From positions 96,001 to 160,000 of the IMG/VR virus record IMGVR_UViG_3300020472_001862: a stretch of DNA of 64,000 bases, one strand, 5' to 3'. This DNA is from a virus. How positions within the stretch are numbered: the stretch's first letter is position 1; the number at the start of each line of letters is the position of its first letter. A program made the translations under genes and the position numbers. The notes beneath the pieces were generated by a model. It made no database searches. It was not told the DNA's origin and was given only the letters and a program-made list of their open reading frames with translations. Below are positions 38,386 through 46,505 of the stretch, piece after piece.

Positions 38386-38712
38386 ATGACAGATCAACTA
38401 TTTAAGTATGCAGGCTATTCAGTTACAGAGTCAGGCCAAACTAAGGCTAGGTTCGGTAATGATATGGTTTCACGCATAAAGAAACTTACGGCTAAGGGTA
38501 ACCAAGATACTTGGTTCGCTGAATTGCCGCAAGCCATGACCAAGAAGGAAGCATCTAATTTCTTACTTGAGAGGGAGGAGATTAAATCCAACTTTGATGT
38601 AAGAGATGCTTTACAAAAGGTCGTGTATCGTAATGTACCTAAGGGAACAACTCGTGTTGTGAACGAGGGTGCTGTTTCAACTGGCAATGATGCCAACAAT
38701 ATGGAGAGCTAA
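38386..38712 (+). CDS. conserved T4-like hypothetical protein
   Basis: FKYAGYS..KARFGND..RIK.L..ELP.AMTK.EA. Confidence 0.75.
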   Translation: MTDQLFKYAGYSVTESGQTKARFGNDMVSRIKKLTAKGNQDTWFAELPQAMTKKEASNFLLEREEIKSNFDVRDALQKVVYRNVPKGTTRVVNEGAVSTGNDANNMES

Positions 38713-38713
38713 T

Positions 38714-38965
38714 ATGGCTAATCGTAAAGTGACCCAAACTCAAAAGGTTCTAAACTTTTTGAATAAAGGGAATAGTTTGAGCAATGCAGTAGCAACGCAC
38801 AAACTTAAAGTAAATAGACTACCTGCTAAGATTCATGTTCTTAGACAAGCTGGGTATCCTATCTACACTAATACCAATGCAGTAGGTAACCCTACTTACC
38901 GTCTTGGTACTCCTAGCAGAGCAATGATAGCAGCAGCATTTGCAGCTGGCGTATCATTTAGCTAA
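38714..38965 (+). CDS. winged helix-turn-helix protein
   Basis: TQ..KVLNFL.KG.SL...A......RLPAKI..LR..GY.I.T; GGAG RBS. Confidence 0.75.
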   Translation: MANRKVTQTQKVLNFLNKGNSLSNAVATHKLKVNRLPAKIHVLRQAGYPIYTNTNAVGNPTYRLGTPSRAMIAAAFAAGVSFS

Positions 38966-38975
38966 GCTAGATACC

Positions 38976-39163
38976 AATGGAGCACTATAAGTCGGGAACT
39001 AGCGCATGTGCTCCATTACATTTTAAGAGGTTTGGTACACCGAGGTCGTCAGAGTCCAAAAGACCAACTATAAATAAAAGGAGAGAGGGGTGGACCTCAC
39101 AAAAAACCATAACAAGAAACATATCTGTCCTGGGTACGACAGACGAAATAAAAGACCCACAGA
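38976..39163 (+). ncRNA. candidate structured RNA (four hairpins)
   Basis: 10-bp perfect stem 38976-85/39008-17, plus three GGT...AAAA(G/A)ACC hairpins with complementary loops. Confidence 0.4.
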
Positions 39164-39186
39164 ATTTACAAACAGCGGAGGCTTAG

Positions 39187-39429
39187 ATGGCAGACAACAT
39201 TGGACAAGAACTTTTAGAGGCTTTAGAACAACAATATAGAGGAAATATTGCCTCGGCAAAAGCTAATGTTAGAGTGTACCTAGAAAATCCAGCAGGGATA
39301 GGAGAACATCCTGATGTGGTACAAGCCCTCGATACGCAGATAGCAATTATAGCAGAAAACCAAGAGAAATTAGATACGCTAAACAGTAGACGATACAATT
39401 TCTCAGGCAGGAGACACCCTGTTGAGTAA
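39187..39429 (+). CDS. conserved hypothetical protein
   Basis: GGAGG RBS; YL.NPAGIGEHPDVV. Confidence 0.8.
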   Translation: MADNIGQELLEALEQQYRGNIASAKANVRVYLENPAGIGEHPDVVQALDTQIAIIAENQEKLDTLNSRRYNFSGRRHPVE

Positions 39430-39613
39430 TACCTTTGGTAACGAATTTTTTAGAGCAGAGATCTCACCCATAGAGGTGCCAGACGGAATGTTCAAAGTAG
39501 AGTTTTATAGTAAAGATGATTTGATCTTTACAGAATATGTAGGTGATAGAAACATAGCTGTGGATACAGCAAAGACGTTCGTTAGACAAAGGGAGAAACT
39601 GCATGGCAAATAA
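39422..39613 (+). CDS. hypothetical protein
   Basis: Overlapping, coupled ORF. Confidence 0.6.
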   Translation: MSNTFGNEFFRAEISPIEVPDGMFKVEFYSKDDLIFTEYVGDRNIAVDTAKTFVRQREKLHGK

Positions 39614-40088
39614 TGTATATTCTACATTACAATTTGAAAAAGGAAATACAGAAGCAGAAAGAGAATTCTTAAGAATATTTGAATTCATAGAAACCTTTGA
39701 CGAAAGAGGATTAGAGTTTGCAGACTTCTTCCTAACCAATCAGGAAATTGTAGATGAAGAGTTTATGGAAGATTGGATTGGTCCTAGGAATGCAGTAGTC
39801 ACAAAATTTATGGGAACAGAAGTAGAGATTAAATCTTCTTGGATATCACCTCATAAATTCTTTGAAGGATTATTAGAACACCTAAGAAATACAGATTCAG
39901 ATGTTGTATTGAGTATGCAATATGAAGATGAGTTTTTAAACTTTTGTGGTGTGTATGTTAACGACAAACAAATTGAGGAGTCAGGAGGGTGGTTTAAGAC
40001 TCGGTTCGATGAATTAAACGACCCTGATTTAGACTTCTTAGAGTATGTAGAGGACATACAGATAGAATGGTTAGATGAATTGTGTTGA
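39603..40088 (+). CDS. acidic hypothetical protein
   Basis: GGAG RBS; MANNVY.., S.W..P, YEDE...FCG. Confidence 0.72.
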   Translation: MANNVYSTLQFEKGNTEAEREFLRIFEFIETFDERGLEFADFFLTNQEIVDEEFMEDWIGPRNAVVTKFMGTEVEIKSSWISPHKFFEGLLEHLRNTDSDVVLSMQYEDEFLNFCGVYVNDKQIEESGGWFKTRFDELNDPDLDFLEYVEDIQIEWLDELC

Positions 40089-40262
40089 TTTTGTGTTGAT
40101 AGTATGTACGGGAGATATATAATGCGGTTTGTGGAAAAAATGGAGACATATAGTACACAATCTCCTACTTCTTCTGTTCTTATACATAATGGAGGAAGAC
40201 TTGAGGCTTGTTAAAACGACATCAACCAAAGGTCAACAAGACGTCAAGATGGAGATGGAGAT

Positions 40263-40793
40263 ATGAGGTTAGATTACAAAGACTGTGGCAAAATTGGCAT
40301 TACCTGTAGCACATTTGATTTACTACACGCAGGTCATGTTGTCATGTTGGAGGAAGCCAAAAGGCATTGTGATTACCTAATAGCAGCGCTGCAAGTAGAT
40401 CCTACTCTAGACAGACAAACAAAGAACAAACCTATTCAAAGTATAGTAGAAAGACAAATACAATTAGCAGCTGTAAAGTATGTTGACGAGATAGTCATGT
40501 ACTCTACAGAAAACGAATTAGAAGATTTATTCCTTACATTACCTTTAGAAATTAGAATATTAGGTACTGAATATAGGGACAAAGAATTTACGGCTAAGCA
40601 AATATGTTTGGATCGTAATATTGAATTGTTTTACAATGTCAGAGATCACTCGTTCTCGAGTACAAGTCTCAGACAAAGAATACGATCCAATGAAATTGAA
40701 AAAATAACTGGTTACAAGGATGCAGTAATGCCTGAGGTTGTAGCCGCTAACAAAAAGAGGATAGATGATGAAAAAGACAACGGCGATTCGTAG
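40263..40793 (+). CDS. cytidylyltransferase (TagD-like, HIGH family)
   Basis: TFDLLHAGH, CDYLI, KPIQS..ER, YVDEI, R..SFSST. Confidence 0.9.
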   Translation: MRLDYKDCGKIGITCSTFDLLHAGHVVMLEEAKRHCDYLIAALQVDPTLDRQTKNKPIQSIVERQIQLAAVKYVDEIVMYSTENELEDLFLTLPLEIRILGTEYRDKEFTAKQICLDRNIELFYNVRDHSFSSTSLRQRIRSNEIEKITGYKDAVMPEVVAANKKRIDDEKDNGDS

Positions 40794-40962
40794 AGTAGTT
40801 AATTGTTTAAATGCTGAGAAAAGAGCCTTACATGGTGAATTCAAAAGTTATTGGAGCCACACTGCTCAGAAAATAGCTAAATCTAATGATATAGATATAG
40901 AGCGTGTAAAAAATAATTTGGAGTTATACAATGCAGAACCTAAAAGTAGTAGCATCCACTAG
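40765..40962 (+). CDS. hypothetical protein
   Basis: Coupled ORF. Confidence 0.55.
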   Translation: MMKKTTAIRRVVNCLNAEKRALHGEFKSYWSHTAQKIAKSNDIDIERVKNNLELYNAEPKSSSIH

Positions 40963-41275
40963 AATTTGGGAGGCTAAAAATCCTAATCAACCTGATTTTC
41001 CTATGTGGCACCCTATAGGTGGTAGTGAATATATTATAGGTTATTTGGATGTACCTGATGGTGAAGCACCACAACTCTCTCAAATTGCAGAACATGTTAC
41101 TAACTTTATGCACTTATTAGAAGGTAAAATTACGCCTAATGTCGTGGAGATATTTTCAGGATATGAGGTTTACTTTGTAGATACCTTAACACATAATGAG
41201 GCATTCCAACTACAACAAGGTGATTCTATTGACTTTCCAGCAGAAGATGTTACAAAAATCGAAGGCCAATCATAG
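40931..41275 (+). CDS. hypothetical protein
   Basis: GGAG RBS; W.P.GGSEYII. Confidence 0.7.
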   Translation: MQNLKVVASTRIWEAKNPNQPDFPMWHPIGGSEYIIGYLDVPDGEAPQLSQIAEHVTNFMHLLEGKITPNVVEIFSGYEVYFVDTLTHNEAFQLQQGDSIDFPAEDVTKIEGQS

Positions 41276-41993
41276 GTGGACATTTGGGTTTACATACTTT
41301 AATGAACCACATAAGCTAGAGATACAAATGGAAGCCTGGTCCAAATGGCCAGGTAATGTAGATATCTTTGTCGTAGACGATGGCTCAGACATTCATCCTG
41401 CTAAGGAACTATTAGAAAATTTTCATTTAGAAGACTGGCAACCAACCCTACAACTCTGGAGGGTAACAAGAAATATAGGATTTAACTCCCATGGCTGTAG
41501 AAATCTCATAGCCAAATACGCAGACACAGATTGCATACAATTCTTAGATATAGATCATGTGATGTATGCTCCCGATGTTGCTAAACTTAAACAAATGAAA
41601 GTAGGAAGTAAGGATATTATTCATCATAAAAACTATAATGAATATCAACAAACAGTAAAAGATCATCCAGGCCATATGAATTGTTTTGGTATACACAAAG
41701 ATTTATTTTGGGAAGCTGGAGGTTATGATGAATCTTTTACCGGCCATCATTATGGAGATAGAGAGTTTTTAGATAGAATCTTTGCATGTGAACACAGGAA
41801 GATAAAATCCCAATGTGCTACTTCAATGAACCGTGAAGGAAGACATGGTAGTGTAGATAAAAATGTGGAAAAGACAGAGTACACACCAGGAGACGATAAG
41901 TTTTTTAAAGTTCCTTTGGACATTCCTGAGGTTAAAAAACTTAGAGGAACAAAAACACAAAGATTGGATTTTCCGTTTATTAGGATATTATAA
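41247..41993 (+). CDS. GT-A (family 2/7-like) glycosyltransferase
   Basis: VVDDGS, CRN, FLDID, GGYDESF.G..YGD. Confidence 0.85.
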   Translation: MLQKSKANHRWTFGFTYFNEPHKLEIQMEAWSKWPGNVDIFVVDDGSDIHPAKELLENFHLEDWQPTLQLWRVTRNIGFNSHGCRNLIAKYADTDCIQFLDIDHVMYAPDVAKLKQMKVGSKDIIHHKNYNEYQQTVKDHPGHMNCFGIHKDLFWEAGGYDESFTGHHYGDREFLDRIFACEHRKIKSQCATSMNREGRHGSVDKNVEKTEYTPGDDKFFKVPLDIPEVKKLRGTKTQRLDFPFIRIL

Positions 41994-41996
41994 ATA
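41989..41996 (+). promoter_or_regulatory. T4-type late promoter; near-leaderless mRNA likely
   Basis: TATAAATA five nt before ATG 42002. Confidence 0.75.
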
Positions 41997-42001
41997 CTGT
42001 T

Positions 42002-43177
42002 ATGCGCTTTACTGAATTTTTAAAAGAAGATAAAGAAGAAGATAAACTGAAGCATTTAGAGCATGTGGAGGATCATGTAATCCATGCTGGACACGAAGGC
42101 TTTGGACATGCTTTCCATACAATTAATGATGTTCATAATAGTTTACAAGGCAAAGGTTCAGGACAAACACAGACAACAATTAAATATGATGGAAGTCCTG
42201 CTGTAGTATTTGGGAAACACCCAGAGAACGGAAAGTTCTTTGTAGCATCTAAATCAGCATTCAACAAAACACCAAAAATTAACCATTCACACGAAGACAT
42301 AGATGCTAATCACGGACATGCTCCTGGACTTGTATCTAAATTAAAAGCAGCTCTAGATCACGCACATAAAATTAAACCTAATGGTGTATATCAAGCAGAC
42401 ATAATGCACGCTGGAGATGTTAAACACGACAAGAAGAATAATAGAGTAGATTTTACACCACAGTTAATTACATATCACGCACCAGCAGACTCAGAACATG
42501 GCAAAGCAGCTAAGAGAGCCAAGCTTGGGTTAGCAATACATACGGAGTATGAGGGTAAGACAATAGCCGATATGAAAGCCAAACACGGTGCTATTGACGC
42601 AAATACCTTCACAAAGCACAAGGATGTGCACCTTATGAGTGCTAATCATGATACAAGTACACATAGGTATAGCCTGGAAGATCGTAAGCAAGTAGATCAT
42701 CATCTAGAACAAGCAGTAGCACACTTTAAAAACACACCCAAAGAACATCACGATACAGTTCAAAAACATGCTACGGCAATGAAAGTATATGTCAACCATA
42801 CAGTACGAACAGGCGAACAACATTCTCACGAAGGGTTCGTAGCACATCACAGCGCCTCACATCAAAAGAAGATAGATAAAGTTAAAACAGATGTTGCTAA
42901 AGCAAGACATCAAACTACTATGGATAACACCATAGGTCATATAAATAAGAATAAGGAACACTTTGAAGGCCCAATGAACATGCACAAGCATTTACAAGCG
43001 GCAAAGAATATAATTACAAACACAATGTCTCAAAAATCAGAATGGGGGCATGAGATAGACGGAGCTAAGACTAAACCAGAAGGTTTTGTTGCCATACGAA
43101 ATGGTAGGCCTTCTAAATTTGTAGACAGGAAAGAGTTTAGTGCGCTAAACTTTAACAAAAACGATGCGAGGAGATAA
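42002..43177 (+). CDS. His-rich ligase-superfamily nucleotidyltransferase-like protein (DUF6267-like) with capsid-targeting-like N-terminus
   Basis: MRFTEFLKE; KYDG (motif I), QADIM, EGFVA and SKFVDR in ligase motif order; about 43 His in 391 aa by hand count. Confidence 0.65.
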   Translation: MRFTEFLKEDKEEDKLKHLEHVEDHVIHAGHEGFGHAFHTINDVHNSLQGKGSGQTQTTIKYDGSPAVVFGKHPENGKFFVASKSAFNKTPKINHSHEDIDANHGHAPGLVSKLKAALDHAHKIKPNGVYQADIMHAGDVKHDKKNNRVDFTPQLITYHAPADSEHGKAAKRAKLGLAIHTEYEGKTIADMKAKHGAIDANTFTKHKDVHLMSANHDTSTHRYSLEDRKQVDHHLEQAVAHFKNTPKEHHDTVQKHATAMKVYVNHTVRTGEQHSHEGFVAHHSASHQKKIDKVKTDVAKARHQTTMDNTIGHINKNKEHFEGPMNMHKHLQAAKNIITNTMSQKSEWGHEIDGAKTKPEGFVAIRNGRPSKFVDRKEFSALNFNKNDARR

Positions 43178-43180
43178 GAC

Positions 43181-43228
43181 ATGAGCAAATGCAAATGCTG
43201 TAAATGCTGTAATTGTACTTGTTGTTAA
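43181..43228 (+). CDS. 15-aa Cys-rich micropeptide MSKCKCCKCCNCTCC (metallothionein-like)
   Basis: GAGGAG 7 nt before the ATG; 8 of 15 residues Cys; fills the gap between two genes. Confidence 0.6.
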   Translation: MSKCKCCKCCNCTCC

Positions 43229-43231
43229 GCA

Positions 43232-44089
43232 ATGGCAGAAGATAAGCACATAGTATTTTCATACGGAAGAATGAATCCACCTACTGCTGGACATAGCAAG
43301 GTTGTGGATAAGGTTCATTCTCACGCACAAAAAATAGGTGCTAATCACGCAGTTATTGTTAGTCATTCACAAAACAATAAAACAGATCCTTTACATCATG
43401 AACATAAGAAAGAATATTTAAAACATATTCATCCTGAAGTTAACTTTGAACATTCTACAAAAGAACACCCTCACTTCCTGGCACAACTTAAAAAGTTCCA
43501 CCAAGAAGGACATACACACGCAACAATGGTTGTAGGAAGTGATAGAGTAAAACAATTTAAAGCGTTGGCTAATAAGTACAACGGCAAAGAGTATAATTAT
43601 AAAAAGATACATATCTTATCAGCAGGACAGAGAGATCCTGATGCTGAGGGAGTAGCAGGTATAAGTGGAACAAAGATGAGAGCACATGCAAGTGGCAATG
43701 ACTACAAATCTTTCAAGGCAGGATTACATGCCAATCATAGTGATGAACATGCCAAAAAACTATATAAAGCAACACGACAAGGTATGAACTTACAGAAAGA
43801 GGAGAGAGGCATGTTAGACTTTCAAACATTTTTAAAAGAAGACATGGAAGGAATGTCTCAGAAGTCTGGAGACAAAAGAAGTACAGAGAGTGGTGCTGGT
43901 ATGACGGCTAAAGGTGTAGCCAAATATAATAGACGAACAGGTGGTAATCTAAAAACAGCAGTAACTACACCACCAAGTAAACTTAAAAAAGGCAGTAAAG
44001 CAGCAGGAAGGCGTAAGTCTTTTTGTGCTAGGTCCAAAGGTTGGACAGGCGAGAGAGGTAAAGCTGCTAGGCGGAGGTGGAATTGTTAA
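43232..44089 (+). CDS. His-rich HIGH-family nucleotidyltransferase fused to a basic C-terminal module
   Basis: YGRMNPPTAGH, MVVGSDR, SAG.RDPD, SGTKMR; about 22 His in the first 190 aa; C-terminal RRKSFCAR module. Confidence 0.8.
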   Translation: MAEDKHIVFSYGRMNPPTAGHSKVVDKVHSHAQKIGANHAVIVSHSQNNKTDPLHHEHKKEYLKHIHPEVNFEHSTKEHPHFLAQLKKFHQEGHTHATMVVGSDRVKQFKALANKYNGKEYNYKKIHILSAGQRDPDAEGVAGISGTKMRAHASGNDYKSFKAGLHANHSDEHAKKLYKATRQGMNLQKEERGMLDFQTFLKEDMEGMSQKSGDKRSTESGAGMTAKGVAKYNRRTGGNLKTAVTTPPSKLKKGSKAAGRRKSFCARSKGWTGERGKAARRRWNC

Positions 44090-44352
44090 TTTTAACTAGA
44101 TTGGCTATAGCATGTGTAACAGCAGTATTTGGAAACGCATTTAGTAAATGGTTTCTTAATACAAAAGTTGGTGGTTGGTTCCAAAGAAAAGTAAATAGTT
44201 TAATGGAGTTTTTGGCAAATAGATATAATATAGAACTTGCCAAGAAAGAAGCTAAATGGAGAGCAGATTATCCAATGTTAGCCAAAAGAATAGACAACAT
44301 AGAGTCTAAACTAGAAGGCTATGAAGACTGGAAGAAGGTTTTAGATGAGTAA
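44077..44352 (+). CDS. membrane-anchored hypothetical protein
   Basis: N-terminal hydrophobic helix; upstream of the spanin-like pair. Confidence 0.6.
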   Translation: MELLILTRLAIACVTAVFGNAFSKWFLNTKVGGWFQRKVNSLMEFLANRYNIELAKKEAKWRADYPMLAKRIDNIESKLEGYEDWKKVLDE

Positions 44353-44713
44353 AATATTAATGGGTATTATTGTAGCAATGGTTCTTGCCTTTGGTACATA
44401 TTACTGGCTGACTGAAAAGAGACTTGCAGTTCTAACTGAGAACAATGCTAAGTTATCTATAGCAGCAACAACAAATCAACAAACAATAGATAAATTAACA
44501 TCAGATTTCCAACAACAACAGGTTCTTAATGAAGAACTAAATATAAAGCTAAAGGCCTCTGAGGCATATGGCGACAATTTAGCTAAAAAATTAAGAGAAC
44601 ATGATTTAACAATGCTAACCCTAAAGAAACCTGGGTTAATTGAACGGAGAGTGAATAGTGCGACACAGAAGATTCTTACAGATCTCGAGTCTAGTACTGC
44701 TACTGTTAATTAG
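44345..44713 (+). CDS. i-spanin (Rz)-like protein
   Basis: N-terminal TM plus coiled coil, KPGLIERRVN.AT; overlaps a lipoprotein gene. Confidence 0.6.
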   Translation: MSKILMGIIVAMVLAFGTYYWLTEKRLAVLTENNAKLSIAATTNQQTIDKLTSDFQQQQVLNEELNIKLKASEAYGDNLAKKLREHDLTMLTLKKPGLIERRVNSATQKILTDLESSTATVN

Positions 44714-45056
44714 TAGCGGTTGTAGTCTTATACCTAAAGAGGTACAGGTACAAACTAAATTCGTAGAAAAACAAATACCAATACAAGGACACCCTAAAGG
44801 TTTAACTATGTATCCTATACAGTTTTATGCTGTAACGGAGGAAAACTTTGAGGAGTTTAAAGAGAAATTTGAGAAAGAAAATGCAGATTTAGTTTATTTT
44901 GCATTAAGTGTTCCTGATTATGAGAACTTATCCTTAAACATGGGCGAACTAAAACGCTATATAGAACAACAAAAGACTATCATTATATACTACGAACAAT
45001 CTATTACAGGTGTTAAGGCTGAAATAGTTTTGGATGACGACAAAGCCAAAGACTAA
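44658..45056 (+). CDS. o-spanin (Rz1)-like lipoprotein
   Basis: Lipobox LLISSGC; YENLSLN..ELKRYI.QQK.II.YYE. Confidence 0.62.
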   Translation: MRHRRFLQISSLVLLLLISSGCSLIPKEVQVQTKFVEKQIPIQGHPKGLTMYPIQFYAVTEENFEEFKEKFEKENADLVYFALSVPDYENLSLNMGELKRYIEQQKTIIIYYEQSITGVKAEIVLDDDKAKD

Positions 45057-45061
45057 TCTTG

Positions 45062-45069
45062 TATAAATA
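45062..45069 (+). promoter_or_regulatory. T4-type late promoter
   Basis: TATAAATA five nt before ATG 45075. Confidence 0.78.
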
Positions 45070-45074
45070 AGAGT

Positions 45075-46505
45075 ATGAAGAACTTTATGACATTCAGAGA
45101 AGATTTAGCTTCTGGCAGACCTGCCAAAAAACCTGTTTCTAGTAATTTACTACAACAAAGAGCTAAAGCAAATACTAAAGCTCTAAAGTCAGGTTTCATG
45201 AGGTTAACGAAACAGGAAAGAGATAAAGAAGCTCGAAGAATGTCAGAAGAGAAAAAGAACTGTGGGTGTGGACAAGATCCTTGTATCACATATGGCAAAA
45301 AACAAATGAAAGAAGCTATAGATACAAAACCAGTACACGATGCCAATAAAGCATTAGAGAAAAACATGGGTCTTAAAAAGACTAAGGACTCAGGTATCGT
45401 TAAAACTAAAGGTGGGTATGCAAGGAAAAGAACTTACACCAGAGAGTCTGCCAGGGATAATTACAATCCAGAAATTTCAGATAAAAGAACTAAAGAAAAA
45501 CTTAAAAAGGCTGGACTACCGCCTGAGTCTCCTAAAGTAATGGAAGCAAGAGAAAGAATTAGAGATATATTTGAAGGTAAGAAAAAAGGACTAGACGGCA
45601 AAGCATGTTGGAAAGGATACAAACTACAAGGTACCAAAAAGAAAGGTAATAAAACTGTAGATAATTGTGTACCAATGAGTGAGGAAGAACAAATGAAACC
45701 TCATAAAATGTACAAGGGCGATAAAGTAGTCGTGGCAAAGAATAAAGCAGAACATGATAAACTTAACAAGCAAGGATATACACACGACGATCCTAAAACT
45801 AAAAAGATTGAAGAAGTATCAGATCATCTTAAGACAAGATATATCCATAAGTCTATGAGGGATATAGACACTAAGGAAAGAGCTTCACAATTAGCAGACA
45901 AACAAGGCGCACCTGCTAGTGTAGGTAAATCATTAAGTAAGTCTACAGGCAAAAGACGTAAAGGTATTGCAAGAGCAAGAGCCAATTTAGAAAGACCTAT
46001 TAGAGAAGGTAAAAAACCAGTAGTACACAGCACAAAGCCAGACAGTCTTAAAATGGTTAAGATTAAATACAACAAACCTATTAAAACAAAAGTAACAGAC
46101 ATAGGTCCTGGTGGAAAAGAAGTAGTTAGAAAAGATTGGTCTGAAGGAATAGAAAGAGATCCTAAGTCTAATTCATTTAATAGAACAAAAAGAAAAGAAA
46201 CAACTGTAAGAGTTGGACAAAAGAGAGATAAGAAAACAGGTAAGATGGTAGATGTGATGGGTAAATCATCAGCACCACAAGGCTTACCTTCAATGAAAGA
46301 ACATCAAATTCAATTGGTAACAAACTTAGATTTTAATGAAAGTCTAGGTATGTTAGTATCAAGAGGCTTAAATAAAGTCCGTGGTGCTATTAAAGATGCA
46401 GAAAAGAGAACAGGATATAAAGTAGATCCTAGTAAAAACAAACATTCAAATCCAGTATCAGGCAAGAACATTGCTAAAAGACTGGCATCGCAAAAAAAAA
46501 GGTAG
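45075..46505 (+). CDS. Lys-rich modular capsid-internal polyprotein, part A
   Basis: N-terminus MKNFMTFRE; repeated hydrophobic-X-E junctions; ends just after an A9 run. Confidence 0.65.
   Translation: MKNFMTFREDLASGRPAKKPVSSNLLQQRAKANTKALKSGFMRLTKQERDKEARRMSEEKKNCGCGQDPCITYGKKQMKEAIDTKPVHDANKALEKNMGLKKTKDSGIVKTKGGYARKRTYTRESARDNYNPEISDKRTKEKLKKAGLPPESPKVMEARERIRDIFEGKKKGLDGKACWKGYKLQGTKKKGNKTVDNCVPMSEEEQMKPHKMYKGDKVVVAKNKAEHDKLNKQGYTHDDPKTKKIEEVSDHLKTRYIHKSMRDIDTKERASQLADKQGAPASVGKSLSKSTGKRRKGIARARANLERPIREGKKPVVHSTKPDSLKMVKIKYNKPIKTKVTDIGPGGKEVVRKDWSEGIERDPKSNSFNRTKRKETTVRVGQKRDKKTGKMVDVMGKSSAPQGLPSMKEHQIQLVTNLDFNESLGMLVSRGLNKVRGAIKDAEKRTGYKVDPSKNKHSNPVSGKNIAKRLASQKKR

Noticed and set aside
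38977-39186. 69-aa ORF
   Set aside because: No SD, no motif, and it overlaps strong hairpins and a late promoter. It is more likely non-coding, though not excluded.
42940-42947. TATAAATA inside ORF 42002 (also 27863 inside ORF 27561)
   Set aside because: Intragenic 8-mers are expected by chance in AT-rich DNA, so they were not called without TSS data.
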